Of a stretch of DNA of 64,000 nucleotides, positions 20,446 to 29,426 are shown in pieces; the first letter of the stretch is position 1; every line of letters starts with the position of its first letter. Both the position numbers and the translations under genes were made by a program. The notes below the pieces were generated by a model. It was given only the letters and a program-made list of their open reading frames with translations, was not told the DNA's origin and did no database searches. Source of the DNA: Candidatus Hydrogenedentota bacterium. GTDB lineage: Bacteria; Hydrogenedentota; Hydrogenedentia; Hydrogenedentales; SLHB01. The stretch covers positions 320,001 through 384,000 of the forward strand of contig CAXXYE010000009.1 in assembly GCA_963674865.2 (NCBI GenBank), read 5' to 3'.

Positions 20446-21555
20446 TTAGGTATTGCCGAAAGACGTCTTCAGTTTCTTTTCCTCGGCGTGTCGGTCAAGG
20501 GCAAGCTGAATAAGCCGATCAATAAGTTCCGTATAACAAATTCCGCTACTCTCCCAGAGCTTCGGATACATACTGATCCTCGTAAACCCTGGAATGGTAT
20601 TGATTTCGTTCACGAGAACGGCTCCATCCTCTTGGACGAAGCAGTCCACGCGCGCCATGCCCTCGCAGCAGAGCACCTGGTATGTCTGCACGGCCACACG
20701 CTGCACTTCCCGGGTCAGATCCTCCGGAAGATTGGCGGGAATCTCCAGCCCTGCGCCGCTCTCATCAAGGTATTTGGCCTCGTAGGAATAGAACTCGTGC
20801 TGCGGGAGAATCTCGCCCGGCACCGAGGCAATGGGTTCGTCATTGCCCAGGACGGAACACTCAATCTCCCGCCCTTCGATGGCCGTCTCAACGATAATCT
20901 TGCGGTCATACGCGAAGGCGGTATCCACGGCCGCATCGAATTCCGCCGCGTCATGCGCCTTCGTGATTCCCACCGACGACCCGAGATTTGCCGGCTTCAC
21001 AAAGCACGGCATGCCAAGCACTTGCGTCACATTCTCGGCATCCGGCCGGCCATCGGCCCGGCGGAAAACCAGGAACTCCGGTGTCGGAATACCCGCCTCC
21101 CGCAAGAGACGCTTCATCACATCCTTATCCATACCTACCGCCGAACCGAGCACGCCCGCACCCACGAACGGCACGTTCACCAGTTTCAGTAGCCCCTGGA
21201 CGGTGCCGTCCTCGCCCATAGGGCCGTGAAGCACCGGGAACACAACGTCCAGTTCCGGCAATTTCCTCCTTCGTTGCGCCTCCAAGTCGACGAGTTCGCC
21301 TCGCTCGCCCCGCGGCACCAGGGCGACCTGGCTGCCCTCAGGATTAAGCGCGATGGCAGCGGCGCCGTCCCGGGCGGTAAGACGTGGCGACGCGTCGCTC
21401 GCGTGCCACCGGCCGTCCTTGCCGATACCGATGAGAACCACCTCGTATTTCTCGCGATCCATGGCTTCGACCACATTCTTCGCGGATTGCAGCGACACCT
21501 CGTGCTCGGCCGACTTCCCCCCAAACAAGACACCTACGCGGATCTTGGACTCCAA
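20446..21555 (-). CDS. ddl: D-alanine--D-alanine ligase
   Basis: TTG start at 21555 after AAGGAG. FGGKSAEHEVS, LHGPMGEDG, KPANLGSSVG, YSYEAKY, NEINTIPG. Confidence 0.93.
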   Translation of the reverse strand: MESKIRVGVLFGGKSAEHEVSLQSAKNVVEAMDREKYEVVLIGIGKDGRWHASDASPRLTARDGAAAIALNPEGSQVALVPRGERGELVDLEAQRRRKLPELDVVFPVLHGPMGEDGTVQGLLKLVNVPFVGAGVLGSAVGMDKDVMKRLLREAGIPTPEFLVFRRADGRPDAENVTQVLGMPCFVKPANLGSSVGITKAHDAAEFDAAVDTAFAYDRKIIVETAIEGREIECSVLGNDEPIASVPGEILPQHEFYSYEAKYLDESGAGLEIPANLPEDLTREVQRVAVQTYQVLCCEGMARVDCFVQEDGAVLVNEINTIPGFTRISMYPKLWESSGICYTELIDRLIQLALDRHAEEKKLKTSFGNT

Positions 21556-21636
21556 TGATTGCTCCTTTTTAGTGATCCCGGATATTTGGCCCGCAGCGCT
21601 CGCGCGGCCTTCAAAACACGTGAAAGGAATGTCGAG

Positions 21637-21694
21637 GGAAAAAGGGGACATGTTCCAAGCGCCGTCCCCGGCGCGACTACGTGTACCCTTTTCC
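21637..21694. repeat. 58-bp hairpin repeat (family A), copy 1
   Basis: GGAAAAAGGGGACATGTTCCAAGCGCCGTCCCCGGCGCGACTACGTGTACCCTTTTCC, nearly identical to 33312-33368, with inverted ends. Confidence 0.9.
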
Positions 21695-21721
21695 AGCCGA
21701 CCTCTTTACAAGCTCTCAGAC

Positions 21722-24700
21722 TTAATGCGGCCGCGTCCGATCGAGTTCCATCACCGTCGCACCCACGGCACGCGCGGCCCGGCGCACATCGTCCCGGCAC
21801 GTGAACAGCAGGATCTGGTTCTTATCGGACATCTGCATCAGCAGACGCAAGGCACGCTCCAGCCGGGCGTTGTCGTAATTCGCGAACGGGTCGTCGAGTA
21901 GCATCGGAATGCGCTCCGCGCTTTCGCTCAACGCCTGCACCATGGCCAGACGCAGCGCGAAGTAGACTTGATCAACTGTCCCCTTGCTCAGGCTGAGTTC
22001 CGGCCGCTCGGCAAGGCGCGCCGTCTGAGGAATCCGGACGGTAATCTCCAGTTCACGGCTGATCAGCAGTTCCCCGTAGACGCCGCCGGTGATATCGCTC
22101 AGAAATTCACTCGCCGCCTTGGCCAACTTAGGAGCGACCCGTGCGTGCGTGTCGCGCGCCACCGCCTCGATCACCGTCGCCGCGTAACTCGCCGCATCGA
22201 GTTCCCACGCCAGCGTATCCACCCGGCGCGCCAGTGCCGCGCGCTCCTCCTCGATCTCGTTGAGGCTCCGCGACCCGGCCGTGCGCTCCGTCAACTCGAT
22301 GTGGAGCGCATGCTCTTCCTTCTCCCGCGACTCGATGCGTTGCGACACCGCCTCGATATCGCGTTTGATAGCATCCGCGCTCTGGCCTCCCGGCGTCGGC
22401 GCCGGCCCTTCGCCCTCGACGCGCTCACGCAGTGTCGCCAGATCCTCACCGTGCAGCAGCGTGTCGAGCTGGTTCTGCAAGGCCGACCGCTCCCGCCAAA
22501 GCTCCCGGTATTGCTGCGCCTGTTGAGCCAAGGCACGCCCTTGCTCCGGAGAATCTGCGCCGACGGACTTGAGAGACTTTGCGAGGGCCTCTTCATGCTC
22601 GGCCAGGTCATTCTTCTCCGCGGCAATTTGGCTCTCGACGGCCTGGAGTTTCTCCTGAAGCACCTCGACGCGGCCGCGCTTCTGGCGGACCTGGGCGCTG
22701 CGAATACGATACGCCCTGAGCGCGCTCAGTGCGCTGTCATACCTGCTCTCGTCCGGGAACCCATTCTCACGCATCGAGCGGCGCACGTCGAGCGCCGTGG
22801 CGACCTCGTCCTTCAGGCGTGTGTCGAGTTCCGTCCGGATGCGCGCCAAATCCTCTTCATGTTCCAACACGAGCTGCCGGTTTTCACCGGCGCGTCGCTT
22901 CGCGTCGCGGTACTCCTGGTATCGGCCAATGGCGTGCTGGCACGCTCGTCCCACGTCGTCTTCGACCTCGATGTCTTCCCCAACCGTCGCCAGGGAACTG
23001 CGCATATGCTCGAAGAGCTGCGCCACGCGTTCCTTCGTGTCATCAACGCGCGCTTGAAGCTCCTCGACGGCCTGCTCCTGCGACGCCAGCGCCGCCGTGG
23101 ACTCGCGGAAGCGATCATAAAGGGCCTCCAACTCCCGCACGGTTTCACAATCGCCCGCATCCATAAGATGCTGCATCGTCTTGCGCGTGGCTTCATCCGC
23201 ACTGCGAAGTTGCGCCGCTTCTTCCTCATTGTTGGCCAGCCGGGCCGCCGCCCGCCGTGCGCTTCCCCGGAGATAAATCATGTTGCCGAGGAAATAAAGG
23301 AACGCCAGTCCCGTCAGCGTGGCCGGGACGAACAGCCCCGGCATCTCCTGGTAATACCCCGCCAATAGGAAGCCCGCGATGGCGCCCAGGCTCACCACGG
23401 TGAGCCAGAAGAAGCTGATCGCCCGCTCGCCGAACTCGCGCGTGTCGCCCCGCAGAACATCCGCTTGGCTGCCGAGTTGTTCGAGCCGCTCCTCCGTCAT
23501 ACGCGTCTTCAGCGCAAATTCGCGCGCTTCTTCGAGAAAATCCTCGTGTTCTGCAAAAATCGCGTGCGGCCCCGCGATATCTTGACGCCGGCGCGCTACA
23601 TCCGCGCTGAGGGTGGCGAGCTTCTCCTGCTCGTCATCACGCGAACGACGCGCCAACTCAAACGACCCGCTCAATTGACTCAACCATGCCACGGGATCCG
23701 CACTGGCCCGGCTGAAATCCGGCAACGCCTCAAGATCCTCATCGGCCTTGGACAGGCGTTCCCGTGCTGCGCTGAGCGCGGCCTCCGTCTCTTCGAGGCG
23801 ATCCCGCAGACGCTGAATGGAGCCCTCGAGTTCGGCAAGCCGCTGCTCCACGTCCTCGGGGATCTCCGCCATCGAGGGCAGGGACGCGCCGCCCGTCCGG
23901 GCGACCTCCGTCTTGAGCTCCGCGGCCAGGGCATCGCGCTCGCGTTCCGTCCGCTGCAACTGCTGGCGGGCCGTCTGCGCGAGTGTCTCCACCCGCTGCA
24001 TTTCCGGAATTCGCTCGACGGGGAACTCCCTCGCCGCGCCAAGTGCGAAACAGCGCTGCGTGACCCCGTCGATTTGTTCCGTGAGCGACTCCGCTTCTTC
24101 AAGGCGCTTGGCCCGATCAGCTTGCTCGATGCCCGCCAGCGCCTCCGTCAACTCTTCCCGCTGCGCCCGCAGCGACGCCACCTCCTCGATGATGGCCCGC
24201 CGCCGCTCCTCGACATCCTCGATTTCATCGCGAAGGGCCTTGGCCCGGCGGTATTCGGCCGTCAGTTCCGCCAGACGCGTGCGCGTCGCCGGCAACGGCC
24301 GCGTCCGCGCCGCCGGCTGGCCGATGGCCGCGATTCGCTTCTCCAGATTTCGCAGGGCAGCGTCCGCCGACCTCTCCTCCTCCGCTGAGTCCGCCAGCGA
24401 CAGCAGCTTCTCCCGGATCTGCTCGAGCGCGTCCTTGCCGCCCAGTTCCTCGAGCGAGAAATGCGATATGGTGGCCGTGTTGTGGAAGACGTCCTTGCTC
24501 AGGCCCAGATGGGCATCCGCGAAACGCAGCTCACGGTTTCGCAAGCGCTCGAACTCGCCCGTCATGTCCCGCGCGTTCGTGCGGTCGAACACCTGGATGG
24601 ACTCATCATCCTTGGCGAACACGCGGAGCACTTCGATGGCCCGGCCGTCGTCCAAGGTGTATAGCATGCGCCCCGCGTACTTGTCGGGAATGCCCCAAGG

Positions 24701-24901
24701 CCGCCGCGCTTCGTGTCCGTCATCGTAAAGCCGTTTCACCGGGCTGGCCTTCTGTCCGTAGAGCATGTCCCCGATGAAGTTCCGCACCGTAGTCTTGCCC
24801 TGCTCATTCGGGCCCGCGATCACCTGGAATCCCCGATCCAGCTCGACGACGAAGTCCGAGAAGCAACCGTATCCGTCCAGCCATAGCTTGCTGATCCGCA
24901 C
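21722..24901 (-). CDS. YhaN-like SMC/SbcC-type ATPase with long coiled coil and two internal TM helices
   Basis: Walker A GPNEQGKTT, signature LSKGTVDQ, Walker B LLDDP, QILLFTC; hydrophobic pair in the middle of the coiled coil. Confidence 0.85.
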   Translation of the reverse strand: MRISKLWLDGYGCFSDFVVELDRGFQVIAGPNEQGKTTVRNFIGDMLYGQKASPVKRLYDDGHEARRPWGIPDKYAGRMLYTLDDGRAIEVLRVFAKDDESIQVFDRTNARDMTGEFERLRNRELRFADAHLGLSKDVFHNTATISHFSLEELGGKDALEQIREKLLSLADSAEEERSADAALRNLEKRIAAIGQPAARTRPLPATRTRLAELTAEYRRAKALRDEIEDVEERRRAIIEEVASLRAQREELTEALAGIEQADRAKRLEEAESLTEQIDGVTQRCFALGAAREFPVERIPEMQRVETLAQTARQQLQRTERERDALAAELKTEVARTGGASLPSMAEIPEDVEQRLAELEGSIQRLRDRLEETEAALSAARERLSKADEDLEALPDFSRASADPVAWLSQLSGSFELARRSRDDEQEKLATLSADVARRRQDIAGPHAIFAEHEDFLEEAREFALKTRMTEERLEQLGSQADVLRGDTREFGERAISFFWLTVVSLGAIAGFLLAGYYQEMPGLFVPATLTGLAFLYFLGNMIYLRGSARRAAARLANNEEEAAQLRSADEATRKTMQHLMDAGDCETVRELEALYDRFRESTAALASQEQAVEELQARVDDTKERVAQLFEHMRSSLATVGEDIEVEDDVGRACQHAIGRYQEYRDAKRRAGENRQLVLEHEEDLARIRTELDTRLKDEVATALDVRRSMRENGFPDESRYDSALSALRAYRIRSAQVRQKRGRVEVLQEKLQAVESQIAAEKNDLAEHEEALAKSLKSVGADSPEQGRALAQQAQQYRELWRERSALQNQLDTLLHGEDLATLRERVEGEGPAPTPGGQSADAIKRDIEAVSQRIESREKEEHALHIELTERTAGSRSLNEIEEERAALARRVDTLAWELDAASYAATVIEAVARDTHARVAPKLAKAASEFLSDITGGVYGELLISRELEITVRIPQTARLAERPELSLSKGTVDQVYFALRLAMVQALSESAERIPMLLDDPFANYDNARLERALRLLMQMSDKNQILLFTCRDDVRRAARAVGATVMELDRTRPH

Positions 24902-24904
24902 CGG

Positions 24905-26062
24905 CTATCCCCTCTCCAAGCCCTGTGTTTTGAGGTCCATGCCGCGGAACGCGGCCAAGCCCACTTCCCGCGCCCGCGTCAACACGGCCCGGCGATCCTC
25001 ATCGACCGCGTCGCGCACCTCGTCATTCATTGTCCGTACAAACGCCCCCAGGCTCGTCTCTTCCCACGCCAGGCTCGCGTAATCCTCCTCCGGCGCCGTC
25101 TCGTCCACCAAGTCCAGGTACTCGAAATCGCCCGCGACGGCGTCATACGCGGCCGGGATGGCGCTTCGGACCTCGGGCGGACAGATGCCCGTCAGCGTGA
25201 TCCGGGCCACCCGCGGCAAGTCCTCGTCATCCGGCAGCGCGCGGATGGTTTCCACTAGATCCTGGCTTGATGCCACGCCCGTACAATCGACCTCGTCCGC
25301 CGTATAGACCACCCGCGCCGACGGCGTCGGCTTCACCCGCACCGCCCCGTCCTCGATCTCTATCTCGAGGAAATACCGGGGCCCTGTCTCCTTGAAGCCG
25401 TGTCCTTCCGGCGCGCCGCTGTAATACATCTTCGTTCGGAAGGCCCCCTCGATGGCCTGCATCGTGTGAAAATGCCCCAGCGCCACGTAGGCCAGGCCCT
25501 CCACCGCCGCCGAGACGGCATCGAAAGGAGCGTACGCGCCCTGATCCGGCGGCTGATGGCCCCGCTCCGACCCGTGCGCCACAGCTACGTGCACGCCATC
25601 TCTCGACTCCAGGCGCAGCGCCCCAAACGGATTCTGCGGCAGATGCGGCGCATCGAAACCGAAGCCGTAGACTGTCAGCGCACCATCCTTCACTGAATGG
25701 CTCGCCCACTCCGGGCCCCGGAAGATAACGACGTTCTCCGGCCACAACTCCGACGCATAGGGCGAATTCGGTGTATACGGATCGTGATTGCCCGGCGCGA
25801 TGAACACCGGCACGTGCGAAATCGACTCGAACGCCTTCCGGCAGAACGCGATCGTATCCCGCGTGACGCGATCTTCCTCGAACAGATCGCCCGCGATCAG
25901 CAGCGCATCCGCCGGCCACGCTCCCGCCCGCCGGACAATCCCCGCGAACACATCGCGCAGGCTTTGCCGGCGGCGGTTGCCGAAATCCGACGGCAGCCCG
26001 GCACCCGCAAAACACGCGTCCAGGTGAACGTCAGCTGTGTGAACTAATCTGATGCAGCCCAT
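24905..26062 (-). CDS. YhaO/SbcD/Mre11-like DNA repair metallophosphoesterase
   Basis: HTADVHL, AGDLFE, PGNHD, AHG, YVALGHFH, YSGAPEG. Confidence 0.9.
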   Translation of the reverse strand: MGCIRLVHTADVHLDACFAGAGLPSDFGNRRRQSLRDVFAGIVRRAGAWPADALLIAGDLFEEDRVTRDTIAFCRKAFESISHVPVFIAPGNHDPYTPNSPYASELWPENVVIFRGPEWASHSVKDGALTVYGFGFDAPHLPQNPFGALRLESRDGVHVAVAHGSERGHQPPDQGAYAPFDAVSAAVEGLAYVALGHFHTMQAIEGAFRTKMYYSGAPEGHGFKETGPRYFLEIEIEDGAVRVKPTPSARVVYTADEVDCTGVASSQDLVETIRALPDDEDLPRVARITLTGICPPEVRSAIPAAYDAVAGDFEYLDLVDETAPEEDYASLAWEETSLGAFVRTMNDEVRDAVDEDRRAVLTRAREVGLAAFRGMDLKTQGLERG

Positions 26063-26212
26063 GACTTACAACACTCGGAGATCACGCCCTCATGCCATCC
26101 TAGTGTCGCAGATTCACCGCCGAATTTCCAGAGAACGCCGTTCAGCGGGCGGATCCGCCGCCAACACACGGGCCTTCTTGTTGAGCATTTCGTCCCTACC
26201 CTGCCGCCACCA

Positions 26213-26470
26213 CCTCTCTGCGCTTCTCCACGTCCTCCCGTCTCTGCGTCGATAACTCTCCACCGCGGAGCCGCAGAGTCCCGCGGAGTTTCGCAGAGCA
26301 AGCCCCGTTAGGGGCGGCATGATCTAGCCCATGGCATAAGCCATGGGATCATGCCCACCCCAAGACAACAAGCCCCGGCAGGGGCGACATATTTCCTCTC
26401 TGCGCACCTTTGCCCCTTCCCCGCCTCTGCGTTTACAATTCTCCAACGCGGAGCCGAGGAGCCCTCAGAG
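26213..26470. repeat. Two imperfect ~70-bp direct repeats (CCTCTCTGCGC...CTCTGCGT...CTCCA.CGCGGAGCCG) flanking a REP-like doublet
   Basis: Copies at 26213-26278 and 26395-26470; a similar CTCTGCG-rich fragment lies near 30885-30930. Confidence 0.6.
26301..26389. repeat. REP-like doublet: two GCCCCG-N-AGGGGCG hairpins around a CCCATGGC-ATAA-GCCATGGG palindrome
   Basis: Seen directly; same architecture as 56861-56950. Confidence 0.75.
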
Positions 26471-26611
26471 TCCGCCGAGGGTATGACGTTGACGACGCAA
26501 CGCCCATGCCTGCCCTTGAGTGCGCATAAGGCATCTAGGGGATGCCGGCAGGCAAGCGCTTGTGATTGCCCAGTCTGCGGCAATGCCGGCCTTACGTAAG
26601 GGGACTTTATC

Positions 26612-27226
26612 ATGGAAGAATGCTTCAAAGATCTACTGCGAGTGTCCCGTACCAACAGAACGCTCGTGGCCGTGCATATCGAGAGGATATTCGAGGGCGA
26701 ATTCGAGGTGGGCGTGATACTTGCGCTCAATCAGCGCGGCTACGTTCTGGCGCGGATGTCAACGGAGGGCCTGCCCAACGGTGTTGTGGTTGGGCGCTTG
26801 AGGGACATCTCGCGTGTTGACACCAATACACGCTATCTCCGCGCACTGGCCCTCCTCGCGGACACGAAAGGCGAATGGCAACCGTGGCTCGAAGGCGTTT
26901 TCGCCTGCGAACCTTCGCGAGTCGGCGCCAAGACGCTAATCCATAGGGAGCTCCTCCGCGCGAAGACGAACGAAGAGATCGCTACCGTGTCTGGGGCACT
27001 GACAGAGATCGGACTCACAGGCTTTGTACGCGAAGTCCGCGACGACTACCTCGACCTCCTTGTCATCACTGACGAGGGGGAAGAACAGGGCCATTCGCGC
27101 GTGCGCATCAAGTTGATAGAACGCGTCATTCGCGGCGATCGCTCAGGCGAGGACCTCAGAATCCTCTACTTGAATCGAAGGGCCCTTTATCAGTCTCCTG
27201 ACAACGCAGGGCCGGGGAAGTGCTAG
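26612..27226 (+). CDS. Hypothetical protein with internally duplicated small beta domain (possibly Sm/LSm-like), paralog 1
   Basis: Shares NRTLVAVHIERIF, WLEGVFACEP, ELLRAK and GHSR with the next ORF; each half shows G-x-(V/I)...L...G...G...I.R.V periodicity. Confidence 0.75.
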   Translation: MEECFKDLLRVSRTNRTLVAVHIERIFEGEFEVGVILALNQRGYVLARMSTEGLPNGVVVGRLRDISRVDTNTRYLRALALLADTKGEWQPWLEGVFACEPSRVGAKTLIHRELLRAKTNEEIATVSGALTEIGLTGFVREVRDDYLDLLVITDEGEEQGHSRVRIKLIERVIRGDRSGEDLRILYLNRRALYQSPDNAGPGKC

Positions 27227-27260
27227 CCGCGACAACGGCGAGTCGGAAGAGGCTGGAATC

Positions 27261-27896
27261 ATGAAGAGACGTCTCCGAGAGATAATGCAGACCTCATGCG
27301 CCAACAGAACGCTCGTGGCCGTGCATATCGAGAGGATATTCGATCCCGCATGCGAGGCCGGCGTGATACTCGCCCTGGGCCGGGGCCGCTATGTCTTGGC
27401 GCGCATATCGAACGCGGGCCTTCCCAACGGTATCGTCGTCGGGCTCTTGAGGAATGTCGCACGCGTCGACACGGACACGCGTCAACTGCGCGCAACACGC
27501 CTCCTTGCCTACGAGAGAGGTCAATGGCAGGCGTGGCTCGAAGGCGTGTTTGCCTGCGAGCCCGCCTCTTCTGAAGTGGGGCCGCCAACGCTTGTCCAAA
27601 GCGAACTGCTCCGGGCGAAGGCCGCCAAGGAAATCGTCACCATCTGTGGCGACATGCGAGACATTGGATTCACAGGCTTCGTTCTCGACGTTTCAGGCGC
27701 CTGCGCCGATCTCCTTGCCGTCACCGAAGAGGGAGAGGAGTACGGGCATTCGCGGATACGCCTCGACTTCATAGAACGCCTCACTCGCGGCGGCCGCTCG
27801 GGCGAGAATCTCAAGATTCTCTACCTGAGCCGGAATCCCCTTTACCGTTCTCCCCAAGGCGCAGAGCCGGGGCATGCCGCCCGCCGCGCACCATAG
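27261..27896 (+). CDS. Hypothetical protein, paralog 2
   Basis: Colinear, highly similar tandem copy of 26612-27226. Confidence 0.75.
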   Translation: MKRRLREIMQTSCANRTLVAVHIERIFDPACEAGVILALGRGRYVLARISNAGLPNGIVVGLLRNVARVDTDTRQLRATRLLAYERGQWQAWLEGVFACEPASSEVGPPTLVQSELLRAKAAKEIVTICGDMRDIGFTGFVLDVSGACADLLAVTEEGEEYGHSRIRLDFIERLTRGGRSGENLKILYLSRNPLYRSPQGAEPGHAARRAP

Positions 27897-27984
27897 CGCC
27901 CATCCCCATGAATACGCGAAGAAGATGGATGTAATTCCTTTGACGAAACTGCAGGCCTGGAGAGATACGAGGCACACGCTTGCG

Positions 27985-29206
27985 ATGCCACGGACGCACA
28001 ATTACCTCTCACCGCGACGGCTGTTGATGGCCACTGTATGCCTCTGGTTTGCCTGCCAGTGCATGGCCGCGGATCTCGGCCTTGAGCGCCCCGCTTCCCT
28101 GGCAAGAAAGGCCGCAGGAGCAAGAAGATTGCGGTTCGCGCCCGACGGGCTCCGTGCTCGGATTTGAGCGCCTGCCAAGCGGAGAGTCCCTGCTTTTCTC
28201 GTACGAGCCAACCAAAAATTCATTACGGCGCATCGCGTTAATCTCCACCTCCCTCTACCAGTTGATCCCGGGAAGCACATCGAAGTTCGCCGTTTGGTAC
28301 GAGATGGACACGGATAGCGCGTTGGAAACGCGCTACTACCTCGCCACACCCGATCACGCACGCAGAGAACTCGCGCCATTCCACTGGGCCGGCAGAGGTC
28401 GCGACCACCCCGTACGCACCATCCTCCGCGTGTTCCCGGAGCGAAAGCGCTTGCTCGTGCATACGCCGTCCGACGCCGGCAAGCCGTATTCCCTGTGGGA
28501 CACGGAGACGCTGAACACCGTGGCATCCGCAAGCCTGCAAGATAGCGATAGGCCCTGGTACTCGTGGTTGCCCTTTCTCAGGCCCGAACGGACGCCATTC
28601 CTCGCGTCCGACGCATTCGGGGCCGATAGGAACCACTTTATCGTTGCCGCGTACGGAGACAGAAGCGATGACTATCGCCTCTTCCTTTTCAGCCTCGAGC
28701 CCTTCTCTCAAGTTGGGACGCAATCCGTAGCCTACCGGGTGTTTCATTTCACGCCCGGCCCAAACCAAGACGAACTTGTCTTGGTTGGATCAGTGCTGCC
28801 GCCCGGCCTTGTGATCACGAAAGCATCTCTGGCCTCTGGCGCACTACCGGGAAAGCCTGGCCTTCGCCTGGAGCCCCTCGTGAATCCCGGTGTTTTCCCT
28901 GTGAGGACAGTCGCAGATGTACAAGTGGCGAGCGGCCTGCTTTTCTGGCTTCACGAAGGCAGAGAAGCAGGAGTGAGTGTCACCAGATTCGCAGAAGCAC
29001 AGCCCACGGATACAACGCTCGAAAACGCCGTTTTCAATCTGCCCATCACGCCCGTCACAAAGCTCTGGGGCTTCTCCGTGAACGGCGGCGGCACGCAGAT
29101 GGTTACCTGGGATGGCGGACGCTCCTTCATTCTTTGGGAGGTATCGCCGCAACCTGCCCTCAAGAAAGTCAGAGAAGTCCACCTCAATAACTTGGCCGCC
29201 CACTAG
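27985..29206 (+). pseudogene. Secreted beta-propeller-like protein with one frameshift (extra G at about 28147-28149)
   Basis: One frame gives signal peptide LLMATVCLWFACQCMAA...RLRFAPDG; the other continues SVLGFERL. Removing one G joins them as FAPDGSVL and gives 407 codons. May be a sequencing error. Confidence 0.55.
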
Positions 29207-29426
29207 CGCCAATTCCTCGGAGCCGCTATCGCCGCCTCTGCCGGCGCGACTCTGGCTCGGGCATTCCCCTTTGCGGCTTGGCGCCTTGGCGTGAGCTCAT
29301 CGCCTCGTCAGCCCGACGGATTGGGAGGGAGTACCACCGGTTTGCCAAGTGGTGTATGACCGCAGCTCTCGGCCTCCGACATTCCCGCCCCTCGGCGGAT
29401 CATCACCCGGCCCACGCCCGGCGAAT

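Noticed and set aside
20446..21555. Ddl as a Van-type D-Ala-D-Lac ligase
   Set aside because: The omega loop YSYEAKY is typical of D-Ala-D-Ala ligases and no van genes are nearby.
21968..24728. Long + strand ORFs opposite the YhaN-like gene (similar ones occur opposite opp, the sulfatase, holB and PSP1)
   Set aside because: Shadow ORFs fully overlapping well-supported genes.
29207..29290. RQFLGAAIAASAGATLARA, a Tat-signal-like stretch right after a stop codon
   Set aside because: No start codon and no downstream domain; at most a tiny remnant and may be chance.
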